NCBI GenBank assembly: GCA_964628585.1
Contig: CAZVMH010000004.1
Location: 9,977 to 73,976, forward strand
Direction of reading: 5' to 3'
Source of the DNA: an uncultured Candidatus Saccharibacteria bacterium
GTDB taxonomy: Bacteria; Patescibacteriota; UBA1384; XYA2-FULL-43-10; 1-14-0-10-43-13
DNA: 64,000 nt
How positions within the stretch are numbered: position 1 is the stretch's first letter; each line of letters begins with the position of its first letter. Below, piece by piece: positions 1 to 10,325 of this stretch. The translations under genes were made by a program, and so were the position numbers. A model generated the notes under the pieces. It worked only from the letters and a program-made list of their open reading frames with translations, was not told where the DNA came from and did no database searches.

Positions 1-3000
1 GCCGAGGCCGGGCGCATCTGCATTATCATTGGCCGCCCGCCAATCGTTCTGGCATTTTTGAATAACAGAATTAAGCAAATTAATATCGGCGCCCTTCTTA
101 TCATTGTCGGCTTTGGCAATGCTTGCATTGGCTACATCGTCGGGAGTTGCGCTGTCTGCAGAGCCCTTATCAATAATCTTTTGGTTTGCCTGCATCGCCA
201 GCATTAGCTGGTTTGTGTCAATGCCAGAAGCGGCTTTACTGTCTGCGACACAATGATCGTCTCTGATACGATTATTCTGACTACTATAAACTCGACGATA
301 TAGTTCCGAAAGCGTTAGTGTCCCTTCCAGTTTGAATTGGTCATCTAGCTTTGTGGCAGCAATCTCCAAAATAACCCAATGCGCCTGCGAAGGGTCATTA
401 AATATTCGCTGGAATGTGCCGGGCGGAAGCTTTGCCTTGGTATCCAGGTCAAATTGGAATATCATTGAAAGGTTTGAATAAAGCATGCCCCAGTTTTGAT
501 AATATGTTTTATCTCTACATCCTTCACCTGCAATAGGTGACATATTGTCACAAATAAAGAATTTTTTAAAATTTAAAGCGATGTTAGCGGCGGCTTCGGC
601 TCCGTAATCATCCAACCCCAAAGCTTTGCCAAGTTCAACCGCGCCTATCCTGATTGCCATTTTGCTACCAATTTTCTCGTTATATTGATCAGGAGAAATT
701 TCTCCACGAGCAAGTTTGGCTGTCTCACCAAAATCGAGACCAAAAGCGTTATCGAGACTATCCCAGAAAGTTTTAAATTGATTTATCTCGTAGTAGTAAT
801 CTCTCATTTTTTGATCAGTTCCATTTTGCAATGCGCCAGCACCATATGCGCTTAAAATCTGCTGAATATATTCAGGCAATTTCGAATCTATATTGGCAAC
901 AGCCGTGGTTGCCTCTGCTGTGAGAGCGGGGGCGCTGGAAAGATAGTTCACTATTGAGCGAAGTTGGAAGGTGCCAGTAGCCGACTTAAGCGAATTGGCT
1001 CTACTAACGCCCAATATTGCTTCCAGATCGTTTCGAGATATTGTCGTAAGCGTTTCGCCGTTATCTAATCTTTCAGTATAAATTGGAATCTTAAAGATGA
1101 GGGCAAAGTTCATTGGTTTGATGTGAGCGATTAATTCACTCATAGAAGCGCCCCTAAACATACCCTTTGGCAGGCCAAGCGTTTCTTCAATTTTGGATTC
1201 CCCGATATTTTGTAGGAGATCGGCCGGACTACTGGCTCGTATTGGTACCGAATTGAGACCAACAAAACTACCCAACATTTTGGCACCAGCATCTGCTAAT
1301 GCGCACTTTAAGTTTTTGGGGTTTAGTGCAGAGACAATTAGTTGTGTTGTGCCAGGATTAAAACCAAGAGTCTCGTCTAAATAATATGCACCGATTCGAT
1401 AAAGTGGCTTTAGATCACCATTTAAAATTGCGTAAAGATCGTTACCATTAAATATTCCAGGAGGAATATCGATACCAAGCGAGGTAAAGAGCTTCCAACT
1501 TAAAATTCTCTTTGATTCAGCGTGACCAACAGCTCTTTTATATGTCGCGAGAGGAGTTTGATCGTTTTCGCGCGAAAGAAGTCTTTTTAATACATCAACA
1601 TTTAAATAGGCATCTCCCAAAGTCGCCAAAGTCAATCCACCGTCACTTATGGAGCTATATTCCTCATCCGTAAACACAGAGTTGATGGTGCCATTTATAA
1701 ATTGTATTAAACGTTCGCGAATGTTTCCAGTACTCTTTAATGATTCAGAAACAGACAGGCCTGCATGAGTTTTAATTGCTATTGCAAGGGTATCTAAAAC
1801 ATCAGTAAATTGATCGGCACTATGGTCAACAGAATAGGTCTGGGCATCGGTTTTATTTTTAAAGCAATGTTTACCAACTTTATCAACAATACAATAGGTA
1901 TTGCCCTCAAAAGTAGTTTGACGATAAATATCAGTTCGGTTTTCAAAATCTTCCCAAGTAACTTTATTGTCTGTCCCCGTGTAAGTGATTGGACAGGAAT
2001 TTTCATCTCCTCCGTCGCCGTACTGTTTCAAATACGGGTTTGTTTCAATATAATCGGCATCAAGTCCTTGTCGCCCAAGTTGGTTTAATTTAATGTCGCC
2101 ATTTATTAGCTTCAATAATACATCTATCAAATCTGTTCCGGAGAGATTAAGACTCTGTGCCAACTGTTGCTTTTCGTTTATTTCAAGCAAATCTGCTCCG
2201 TTACTCAAAGGGACTTTCTGTTTCTTAATTAAAGCAGCGGTTGAACCTTCTTTGATACCCAATCTGCGGTCAACTTTAACAGCCTGATTATTGGCTGTGG
2301 TACTAAATCCGCCTGCTTCCAATGCAGCTAAGCGACCTGAAATGCCCAGTCTGAACATAATGTCATCTCCGGCGCCCCTAATAGCATCATTATATCCTCG
2401 ACTGACAATATTATGGGCTACATCACTTAAATCCCTCTCGTTCATTAACTGGCCACCGTTGTTAGCCCATTCGGTTACATATTCATCGAGCCAATTCAAC
2501 TTTGCCGTGTCAACAAAAGATTCAAATAGGTTCGGATCATTTGATTTAACCCATTTAACATAGTCTTCGGGTTTAGAGGATGGGATCGATGTGCTACCAC
2601 CCCAAGCAAAATATGAACGCCATGTTTCTATCTGACTTTCAGCGTATTTAACAAGATTTTTATAGTCTTTTTTGAAATCGGGGATTTTGTCATTTAATAC
2701 ATCCCCCTGAAAATAAAAGCTTGGCATTGAAAACTCTTGCTCAATCTTGGCCTGACCGATTGCAAGATAAAAAGCATCAATGTTTTTAATGCCAGCCTTT
2801 TCATAGTTTTGAACTAAATAATAAATAGAATTTTGAGGCAATCCAAGACCGTTTTCTGCTTGAGCCGCTCCAATTCGAACAAAGAAATCGGTTGCGCTAA
2901 TGCGGTGCGTTACGAGATCAAACAATGCGGCTGGAGAAAAGCCGGTTGATCTAATTCCGCCGGAGCTTGAGCCATTGCTACTATTTTGTGCGCTTGTAGT

Positions 3001-6000
3001 TCCACTATTTCCAGCGCTGGTCCAAGTTGAAGAGAAACTCTGGCTGGCATTAATCTGTTTTATGGTCAAAAGATCGGCCGAAGCGATTACTTTTCCGGCC
3101 ATAATTTCTGAAACAGCACGAATTAGTTCATTGACGTTCAAAATAGTGGTATCAACTTTTCTGGCTTTACTCTGATTTTGAATTCGAATATTTTCGCAAT
3201 CAGCAAACAATCCGTCAACTTCATAAGCAATACTTCTGGCGGTCTCTTTCGCTCCTGCTATTGTAGTAACATTCAAGTTATTAAACGCACGTAATATTGC
3301 ATTAATGTGTTCATTTATTGGTCCCAGTTCGACACCAGTTTCGTTGTTCCAATCACCTTTAATTTTTTGTGTTAATTCTAAAACACGACCCACTCTTGAT
3401 AAATAAAAATTAATTTCAGGGTTATTCGTTTGAAGTTCTGGGGTAGTATCCATCAGATCAATTTTTACTTTTCCATCACTATCTAAGAGCTTGTTTGCCA
3501 CACCGTAATAAAGTAGTTTGCTTCCAATCCGAGAAAAAACTGAACGAGGACTGGCTAAAGCACATCCGAACATTCGCGAAAGGTCACCGGATACGAGACC
3601 GAGGGAAAATGCTCGCTCTTCGTTAATGTCAACATCAAGATCTTTAATTTCAGTTGATCCATCAGCTTTTTTAATTGTAACAGTAACTTTCTTAGTAATT
3701 TTATTATCGGGAATTTGACAGGTTGTTTGATCTGTTTTTGTCAAATTTTCTAAAAGCCAACTTTGAGCTGCAGCGGCTCCAATGTCGTCTGGAGTAGCAG
3801 TAATATTTAGATCTTTCATTGCAAGATATTGTTCTTCGCTCAAATTGCCACCACCTTTACCGTAAAGGTATTTGCTGAATGTTAAGTTCTGCTGAATTAC
3901 ACGAGAAAGAGCGAAACGGCCAACAGTAATAAAACCGGTCGCTTTGCCCAAAAGAGCGTCGCTCCAGGCACCGTCTGGAAGATTGTAAGCGGCATTATTC
4001 GCTGAGAGATAATTAAATCCGTTTATAGTATCGTTTTTTCTGGTTTCACCAACTTTCTCAACAAAATCAAATGGAGAAATGTTCCCCGATATTAGCTGCT
4101 TAGCTGTACCGGGCGTAATGTGCAAAGTATTATCAATATAGGTTGGATCCTGAAACAAAACTCCAGCACGAAAGTCACCCAAATTTTTTTTCAATTCTTT
4201 ATAGTTAGCCCCACGAAAAGAATTTTTAGGAATATTTAGACCCTTTTCAATGACGCGATTGCCTATCAAAATACTCAATGATTGTACTGTAAGACCCTCC
4301 TCATATTCTTTGAGATCGCCTGGGTCAAGGTTCATTTCAAATTCAAGTTTGCGCTTACCGGCATTGGTGAGTGTTCCCTCCAAATCATAGACCTTTGCCC
4401 CGCCAGCTGATTTTTTATAATTCAGAGATTCAAGAGAGCCAAATGGAAGTCCAGCTCTTTTTTCCAGTGCGGTTTCGCCAATAATTACCTGTAAATCTTC
4501 TAAAGAAGTAATACTACGACCAATAAAAATCTCACGAGGCAAACCGAGATAGTCGGCAAAATACATTGCGCCGAGTTTTTGAAGAGTGTCTTCAGTATTG
4601 AATCCGGCGAAATTATGTCCGGGAGAGTTCAAAAGCTGGCCAAAAATAGTCTTACCAATAATACCAACGATGTCGGAGAAATTGGCATCAGAAAGATCTC
4701 CGTCATAATTTGTAACATCACCATTTAAATCATCAACTAGCGTACGCATCTCATCATTAGCGATATCTTTCATAATCCCCATCATATCAACCGAATTCCC
4801 CCCTGACTGATCATAGCTGGCCGATGTTTGCCAAGCCAACTTGATTGGGCGAAGAACTTTTTTTTCTCTGGTGGTTGAGCTTCCGCCGATTCTACGTTTT
4901 TTTACAACCGTAAGGGTACAACGAATGTCATCAAGCTCCATAATATCAACGGCTTGACCTTTGGTATGCGCAGAGATGTTTCTATCTGGCGGTTGTGCTG
5001 TGGCTAAATATCCTGTTTCAGCATTATCTAGACTCTCCAAATAGGCATCGTAGGTATCGCCATTTTCATCTTCGGCTGTAATATTGGCATTGGCTTGGTT
5101 GCTGTCTTCTTCTGAGCCCTGTGCAACTCCACACTCAGCCGCTGTCATGTTGGCGCAATCGACCGCTCTAGTTTCTGTAATTTTTTGACCGAGTGAAAGG
5201 CGGACAGCTTCAGATTCATTGGAATAGGGTCGAGCGGTGTCCTGAATTAGCTTCTTAACTCTTACGCGCCAATGACCTGCTCCTCCCTGATTTTTTGGAA
5301 TAACCAAATAATTGAGCATTTTTATTATTCGAATATCAATCGTAGTCGATTCGAGTGCGGAAGTTATTATTTGATCTAAATATTCGCTATCGGTTTCGAT
5401 TAATTGTTGAGTATCAAGTCCGGTAATACATTTTAGATTTTTATACTGTTCGTTGCCAACGGCTAAATTTTGCATAACAGGATCAACCCCAGAATCAGCA
5501 TTATTTTTTAATTCGTTTTTTTCCTGATTTAAAATTGTTCGTGGATCAGGACTTTTCCCCCAAGCCTTTTGTGCCTCATAGACTAAGTTTTGGAACTGGT
5601 TGTAATCTCTAATTCTGATTTTGGCCAGTTCATCTATCGAGGCGGGACGGAAACTGGTCGGTAAAAAGTTGTACATCGCTTCGAGATCGGTATAAAAATC
5701 AGGCAAAAGATCAGAGAGGCAGTAAAGACTACGAATGGCAGCCAAGTCAGTCCTGTTAAATATCAACCGAGCGTCCTGCATACCCATAATTTGATCTTCA
5801 AAACCAAGTTCGTAGCTAGACGCGTTTTCAGCGCTATTATTTACCTGGCTAGCCAAACTTTGTATCGCTACTGGTACGGTACTTTGAGTAATCTCTGTTT
5901 CGTCCCCTCCATCGATGTTTATATTTTTGGTAGTGTCGTCGGTTTCTGTTGTGGCCTTAGCTTTATCTGGTAAAAAAATAAAAACAGGCTCGACGATTAA

Positions 6001-6048
6001 AAGCGCCATCAAGAGAGAAATTATTGATTTTTTAAAGAAAGATAGCAT
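1..6048 (-). CDS. Giant secreted repeat-containing protein, over 2000 aa in window; partial, C-terminus lies beyond window start; last gene of the T4SS-like operon
   Basis: Manual minus-strand translation from ATG at complement(6046..6048) gives MLSFFKKSIISLLMALLIVEPVFIFLPDKAKA (signal peptide), then an uninterrupted frame to position 1. Recurring LGLPxxxF(R/I)G-type internal motifs. No competing ORF over 100 aa in any frame across 6 kb. Absent from the ORF track only because no stop codon falls inside the window. Start overlaps the stop of the upstream M23 gene (TAAATG). Confidence 0.6.
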   Translation of the reverse strand, partial: MLSFFKKSIISLLMALLIVEPVFIFLPDKAKATTETDDTTKNINIDGGDETEITQSTVPVAIQSLASQVNNSAENASSYELGFEDQIMGMQDARLIFNRTDLAAIRSLYCLSDLLPDFYTDLEAMYNFLPTSFRPASIDELAKIRIRDYNQFQNLVYEAQKAWGKSPDPRTILNQEKNELKNNADSGVDPVMQNLAVGNEQYKNLKCITGLDTQQLIETDSEYLDQIITSALESTTIDIRIIKMLNYLVIPKNQGGAGHWRVRVKKLIQDTARPYSNESEAVRLSLGQKITETRAVDCANMTAAECGVAQGSEEDSNQANANITAEDENGDTYDAYLESLDNAETGYLATAQPPDRNISAHTKGQAVDIMELDDIRCTLTVVKKRRIGGSSTTREKKVLRPIKLAWQTSASYDQSGGNSVDMMGIMKDIANDEMRTLVDDLNGDVTNYDGDLSDANFSDIVGIIGKTIFGQLLNSPGHNFAGFNTEDTLQKLGAMYFADYLGLPREIFIGRSITSLEDLQVIIGETALEKRAGLPFGSLESLNYKKSAGGAKVYDLEGTLTNAGKRKLEFEMNLDPGDLKEYEEGLTVQSLSILIGNRVIEKGLNIPKNSFRGANYKELKKNLGDFRAGVLFQDPTYIDNTLHITPGTAKQLISGNISPFDFVEKVGETRKNDTINGFNYLSANNAAYNLPDGAWSDALLGKATGFITVGRFALSRVIQQNLTFSKYLYGKGGGNLSEEQYLAMKDLNITATPDDIGAAAAQSWLLENLTKTDQTTCQIPDNKITKKVTVTIKKADGSTEIKDLDVDINEERAFSLGLVSGDLSRMFGCALASPRSVFSRIGSKLLYYGVANKLLDSDGKVKIDLMDTTPELQTNNPEINFYLSRVGRVLELTQKIKGDWNNETGVELGPINEHINAILRAFNNLNVTTIAGAKETARSIAYEVDGLFADCENIRIQNQSKARKVDTTILNVNELIRAVSEIMAGKVIASADLLTIKQINASQSFSSTWTSAGNSGTTSAQNSSNGSSSGGIRSTGFSPAALFDLVTHRISATDFFVRIGAAQAENGLGLPQNSIYYLVQNYEKAGIKNIDAFYLAIGQAKIEQEFSMPSFYFQGDVLNDKIPDFKKDYKNLVKYAESQIETWRSYFAWGGSTSIPSSKPEDYVKWVKSNDPNLFESFVDTAKLNWLDEYVTEWANNGGQLMNERDLSDVAHNIVSRGYNDAIRGAGDDIMFRLGISGRLAALEAGGFSTTANNQAVKVDRRLGIKEGSTAALIKKQKVPLSNGADLLEINEKQQLAQSLNLSGTDLIDVLLKLINGDIKLNQLGRQGLDADYIETNPYLKQYGDGGDENSCPITYTGTDNKVTWEDFENRTDIYRQTTFEGNTYCIVDKVGKHCFKNKTDAQTYSVDHSADQFTDVLDTLAIAIKTHAGLSVSESLKSTGNIRERLIQFINGTINSVFTDEEYSSISDGGLTLATLGDAYLNVDVLKRLLSRENDQTPLATYKRAVGHAESKRILSWKLFTSLGIDIPPGIFNGNDLYAILNGDLKPLYRIGAYYLDETLGFNPGTTQLIVSALNPKNLKCALADAGAKMLGSFVGLNSVPIRASSPADLLQNIGESKIEETLGLPKGMFRGASMSELIAHIKPMNFALIFKIPIYTERLDNGETLTTISRNDLEAILGVSRANSLKSATGTFQLRSIVNYLSSAPALTAEATTAVANIDSKLPEYIQQILSAYGAGALQNGTDQKMRDYYYEINQFKTFWDSLDNAFGLDFGETAKLARGEISPDQYNEKIGSKMAIRIGAVELGKALGLDDYGAEAAANIALNFKKFFICDNMSPIAGEGCRDKTYYQNWGMLYSNLSMIFQFDLDTKAKLPPGTFQRIFNDPSQAHWVILEIAATKLDDQFKLEGTLTLSELYRRVYSSQNNRIRDDHCVADSKAASGIDTNQLMLAMQANQKIIDKGSADSATPDDVANASIAKADNDKKGADINLLNSVIQKCQNDWRAANDNADAPGLG

Positions 6049-7572
6049 TTACGGTATTCTCATTACTGCTTTCATTTTGCCCCAAAGAATGCTCTGTTCT
6101 GTGTTGCCTGCTGCTTTCCCAGTTTCATATTCACTTCTAGTTACAACAACACACTGTCCGCTTCCCATTAATTCAAAATGAACATGACCTACAGAAGAAA
6201 TTTTTCCTATTGGTTTGCCCGCTTCTACTTGATCACCTTTTTTTACGGTTTGTTCTAAATGGGCGTAAACTGCAGTATAAATTCCATTTTTTATTTGTAA
6301 GCCACTTTTTGCTCTGTCATCTATAACTTCACCGCCAAAGATTGCATTAACCGGTGTTCCCGACCCAGCACTTAAATCGACTGCATCACAAGTATTCTGA
6401 ACGAACTGGATGTAAGTTCTAGCAGAACCATGAGGGGGTTTGGGGCAATTTTTGCCATTTTTTACATCAGCGCTACAAGGATTTAAAGGGGAACCAAAAT
6501 GTATACTTCCCCCAATGCTTGGCTTAAGGCAAAATTCAGAATTACACTCAGTTTTAATTGAGGTTGGCATTACAGGAACACTTAAAAGAGAAACAACAAG
6601 TGCTTTTATATCACCAATTAATTTTTTCCCAGCTTCTTCAGTTCTGGAAGTTCGGTAAGAAGTAATCTCTTCCAAAATTGAATCTATTTGGGCAACTTTA
6701 TCTGCATACTGACCCAATTTCTTAATTTCTCCAAGTTCTGTTTCCAAACCACTTAAAGCGGTATCTGAAAGAGCCTTAGTAGCTGAATCGTCTTTGCTGA
6801 ACAATAGTAATCTTTGTATCCATTCTTTATCAGAAAGAGGATTGGTTGCTTGAGTAATAGTTGAGCCGGTCGAGCTGACTTTAGTGTGTGAACCAAAAAC
6901 AACGCTCCAAAGAAGTACAATAATTAAAACAAGCAATACTAGCCCGACGATAATTGCCATTACTATCCAGCCGTATGGTGATGCGAAAAATGCGGTTACG
7001 GCTCTTTTCGCTAATTGAGCGACTGCTTTTTTGGCGAACTTCATCGCTTGGTCGATAGCTTGTTTCGTGACTTCTTTGCCTTTGTCAACGGTCCCGCCTA
7101 ATGCGCCCGTGGGTTGTGCTTTTGTTGTTGAGACATCTGGTTGTATTGCTGGTTTTTTAGTTGCTTCAATTGCTGGTCCACCAGGAAGTATTTCCTTGGC
7201 AGGAGAGATTGCGGGCTGTTCTCCAAGCACTTTTTGCTGTGCAACATCTGCCTGCTCTTGACCAGCAGTTCTTTGTGCCTGTTGTTTTCTTTGATCTATT
7301 GGTTGCCCAAATTGTGATTCTCCTTCATTTGTTTCTCCTACATCTTCTGTCTGCTCCCCAGTATTGCTCCCTTCTTCACTAGAGGATCGATTTAAGGATG
7401 GAGTATCTACTCGACGGATGTAGTTATCAAAAGGAGTTGCTGCAATTTTGCGAATATCTTCTTTTTTCTTCCTTGCCAAAACAAAATCACCCGCTTTTCT
7501 TGCTTCAATATGTTCTTTCTGAAGCTGTTGCAGGCGTCCCCAATACCTCTGTTTAAAATCTCTATCTGCCAC
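6049..7572 (-). CDS. Membrane-anchored M23 family peptidoglycan endopeptidase (T4SS-associated cell-wall hydrolase, VirB1/TcpG/CwlT analogue)
   Basis: C-terminal M23 signature (HGSARTY...CDAVDL...YAHL...GHVHFE). N-terminal coiled coil, acidic low-complexity segment and one TM helix (GWIVMAIIVGLVLLVLIIVLLW). Confidence 0.85.
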   Translation of the reverse strand: MADRDFKQRYWGRLQQLQKEHIEARKAGDFVLARKKKEDIRKIAATPFDNYIRRVDTPSLNRSSSEEGSNTGEQTEDVGETNEGESQFGQPIDQRKQQAQRTAGQEQADVAQQKVLGEQPAISPAKEILPGGPAIEATKKPAIQPDVSTTKAQPTGALGGTVDKGKEVTKQAIDQAMKFAKKAVAQLAKRAVTAFFASPYGWIVMAIIVGLVLLVLIIVLLWSVVFGSHTKVSSTGSTITQATNPLSDKEWIQRLLLFSKDDSATKALSDTALSGLETELGEIKKLGQYADKVAQIDSILEEITSYRTSRTEEAGKKLIGDIKALVVSLLSVPVMPTSIKTECNSEFCLKPSIGGSIHFGSPLNPCSADVKNGKNCPKPPHGSARTYIQFVQNTCDAVDLSAGSGTPVNAIFGGEVIDDRAKSGLQIKNGIYTAVYAHLEQTVKKGDQVEAGKPIGKISSVGHVHFELMGSGQCVVVTRSEYETGKAAGNTEQSILWGKMKAVMRIP

Positions 7573-7618
7573 ACCCCTCCCAATTAACAGCCTAAAGGCT
7601 GATCTCTGGAACTGGAAA

Positions 7619-8863
7619 TCAACTATCGAGATTCAAATAATATATCTGACCGCCAGATTGATACAATATTATTTTACCATTTACCACTGTTTTTAATAAG
7701 TTAATTTCGTTCTTACTAACATTGGAGAGCGAGTTTCCATTGATTGTTTTAGTTTCTGTGTTGAAAAAGAAAAGTTTCTCTTGAAAAAGCATATCTGGTG
7801 CTGAGAGTACAAGGGTGGTGGAGTCAATCCATGCGACTTTAGTGGGGGAGACACGAATGTCTAAAGTGTTTTTATTGCCTCCATCTTTGTCCATTACTGA
7901 AATTATCGAGTTAACGTTTTTTGCTGGATCTTCTGAATAAGAAAAATATAGGATCTTCTGGCTGTCGGGGGAGAAAACAGCGTCAACCTGATCGCCAGAA
8001 TCTGTCAGAGTTTTTAAAGTTAAATTATATCGTGAAAGCAGATAAATTTTATTAGTATCATAGTTAAGACTTTGAGGAATAATTAAAAGATTTTCTCCAT
8101 TTGGTGACCATCGCAAAAGTGGGTTTTCAATACCATATTCAGCCAAATTTAAGATTCTAGTCTGCTGCGTGGCGCCAGCATTGGAAAAAATTAAGGTCTG
8201 TTCGGGATAATAGACGTAAGCAATTTTTGCGCCATCTGGTGACCAAGCTATTGAACCAATATCATTGCCCCAAGGCGTTTCGGTTTGATGAACAAAATCA
8301 TATTTTTTGAAATCAAAGATACTTATGGCATTACCTTTTCTGAAAAGAGCTAAATCTTTATTTGGTGACCAAATTATTTCCTCTATCCCAGAAAGAATAG
8401 GTGCGGTAATGGCCTGAGTATTTTCAATAATTTTTTGATTATCAAGCATGAAGATTGATTTATAAAGAGTTCTTCCTGCATCACCTAAATGGTAAACCTC
8501 TGAATCACTGGCTTTGTCTAAAAATATTCCTGAGCCCAAGATCTTAGTTTCTCCAAGAGGCTTCAAATCATAAGTTAATGTACTTGGTAAAAATCTTTTT
8601 GCCTTAATAGTGGCGGAAATACCAATGTATCCTTCGGCTTGTACGTCAATTTTATGATTACCTACTCTAATAATCTTTTTTGATAGTCCATGGCGATTTA
8701 GTTTGATAGGCGCATTATCAAGAAGAACAATCGCAGTTTTAGGAGATATATTGATTGTAACTATTGATTGAGAAAGAATATTAATTAAAAAACAGATAAA
8801 TAACACTATTAAAAGCGCAAAAAAGTAATACTTTAAAATCAATTTTTTCTTATGTCTGTGCAT
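7619..8863 (-). CDS. TolB-like PD40 beta-propeller protein with N-terminal membrane anchor
   Basis: N-terminal TM (YYFFALLIVLFICFLINIL). Repeated WSPDG/WSPNG/FSPDS PD40-type blades (IAWSPDGAKIAYVY, LRWSPNGENLLII, AVFSPDSQKILYFS). Confidence 0.6.
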   Translation of the reverse strand: MHRHKKKLILKYYFFALLIVLFICFLINILSQSIVTINISPKTAIVLLDNAPIKLNRHGLSKKIIRVGNHKIDVQAEGYIGISATIKAKRFLPSTLTYDLKPLGETKILGSGIFLDKASDSEVYHLGDAGRTLYKSIFMLDNQKIIENTQAITAPILSGIEEIIWSPNKDLALFRKGNAISIFDFKKYDFVHQTETPWGNDIGSIAWSPDGAKIAYVYYPEQTLIFSNAGATQQTRILNLAEYGIENPLLRWSPNGENLLIIPQSLNYDTNKIYLLSRYNLTLKTLTDSGDQVDAVFSPDSQKILYFSYSEDPAKNVNSIISVMDKDGGNKNTLDIRVSPTKVAWIDSTTLVLSAPDMLFQEKLFFFNTETKTINGNSLSNVSKNEINLLKTVVNGKIILYQSGGQIYYLNLDS

Positions 8864-8869
8864 TTTTTA

Positions 8870-10264
8870 TCATGAACATTTATTACCTGTAGCGTTTACT
8901 TGGGACCATATATATTCCATATATGTTTTGCCAGGGTCATCCTTTCTAGATGAACTGCATCCAGGGGTTCCTTCTCCTCCTCCGGTTTGATAATGACCAA
9001 AAATTCCTCTTTGAGCGGAAAAATTTGTAGCATTCCCAATTTCTCTTGTGCTGTACCCTCCATTAATTAGATTGTTTATAACCTGGACAACAACAGCTTT
9101 TTGCTTTTCGTTTTTCATTAATTCGTCGCCTACACCTGCAATTTCTATACCAATTGTAAAGTTGTTTGCGGATTTTTTCGTATTACCTACTGTTGCCGTT
9201 CCGGAACCGCTTTGCTTTATATTAAAAGGTACAAATTGATAAACTGTTCCATCGCTGTCAATAAGCAAATGAGTGACATTTGGTGGCGATAATCCCATCC
9301 AGTAGTCTATTATATCTTTTTTAACTCCTTCTTTGCCGAGGGGCTTGTCGGCTGGGACTGATTTGCCTGTCCAGTGCAATGTTACTCCATGAGAATTAAT
9401 ATTATAATCAGCTCCTTTTCGTTTGCTTAACCAGTTTTTAAGATTTGCTTGATTCATAAATGAAGTATCGTAAGGACCGATTGGGTCACCTGTTGCTTTG
9501 CTTGCAAACCCGGTGTCACACTGTACTTGATCAGGAACGAGATCACTTAAAAGTTGTATTCTTGCTTCTTTTGAGTCAGAAACATATCCACGTTGATCGA
9601 AACTATCCTTTCTGGCAGCAGCAACATAATGATAAAGAAGCCTTGTCCATGTATTTTCTCCGGAAGGGGTACTGTACACGCCCTCACTATCCATCGCTTT
9701 CTTGATTAAAGAGATAGCGCAAGATTTTTGTTTCTCCCAACCACTATCGTCTCCGCCTACGGAGTAATGGCCACACCCAAATGCTTTGTAATCACTTCTA
9801 AAAGTCTGTTCTCCATACCAAAAAGAAATTAATACTGCTGGGTTGATGCCTGCGTTAGATGAGGCGGAAATTATATCTTGAATTTTATCTTTTACACCAC
9901 CAATCGAGGGGTATCTTTCTTTTAAGGTATTTATCACCTGATCTGCGCTTGTAATGGTAGTTATGTCAGAGAAGGCCTCATTTTTTAAAGAACAGCCCGT
10001 CCCACTTACTCCACTGCCAAATTTGGGAGAATTTTCGCCCCATGGGACTATACCGAAAATAGCAGCTCCAATGCCAAAACCAAATAGTATTAAAACACCC
10101 AAAATTGCAACGGCGATGGAAACATTGACCGTTGTCGCACCTGTTTTTGTAAAAATTTTTTTAGAACCCATCCCATAATTGTTTTTTGAAACGAAAGCGT
10201 TTTGGGTAGGACAGAAATTGCGGGTGGCAGAGGAAGCGTAGTCACCACTACGATGACGAAGCAC
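8870..10264 (-). CDS. Bifunctional cell-wall hydrolase: N-terminal putative glycosidase-like domain plus C-terminal N-acetylmuramoyl-L-alanine amidase (Amidase_2/PGRP-like) domain, membrane-anchored
   Basis: Signal-anchor TM (VSIAVAILGVLILFGFGIGAAIF). C-terminal Amidase_2 motifs (VTLHWTG, THLLIDSDGTVYQFVP, NNFTIGIEIAG, GHYQ, KDDPG). Confidence 0.6.
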   Translation of the reverse strand: MLRHRSGDYASSATRNFCPTQNAFVSKNNYGMGSKKIFTKTGATTVNVSIAVAILGVLILFGFGIGAAIFGIVPWGENSPKFGSGVSGTGCSLKNEAFSDITTITSADQVINTLKERYPSIGGVKDKIQDIISASSNAGINPAVLISFWYGEQTFRSDYKAFGCGHYSVGGDDSGWEKQKSCAISLIKKAMDSEGVYSTPSGENTWTRLLYHYVAAARKDSFDQRGYVSDSKEARIQLLSDLVPDQVQCDTGFASKATGDPIGPYDTSFMNQANLKNWLSKRKGADYNINSHGVTLHWTGKSVPADKPLGKEGVKKDIIDYWMGLSPPNVTHLLIDSDGTVYQFVPFNIKQSGSGTATVGNTKKSANNFTIGIEIAGVGDELMKNEKQKAVVVQVINNLINGGYSTREIGNATNFSAQRGIFGHYQTGGGEGTPGCSSSRKDDPGKTYMEYIWSQVNATGNKCS

Positions 10265-10325
10265 CCTACGATTTATGCCTAGTCAAAAACGGTTGCAGTT
10301 ACTGAAATAATTATGGGGTGGGTTC

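Noticed and set aside
1193-6181. Short plus-strand ORFs (60-92 aa) scattered over the first 6 kb, and the apparent absence of genes there
   Set aside because: They are antisense to, or out of frame with, one continuous minus-strand reading frame of over 2000 codons that starts at complement(6046..6048). The region is coding, not an ORF desert.
9048-10178. Internal plus-strand ORFs (63-81 aa) inside the hydrolase gene, and similar small antisense ORFs elsewhere (e.g. 7031..7382, 12379..12887, 15493..15738, 19050..19292)
   Set aside because: They are fully embedded antisense within strongly supported genes, with low-complexity translations and no RBS.
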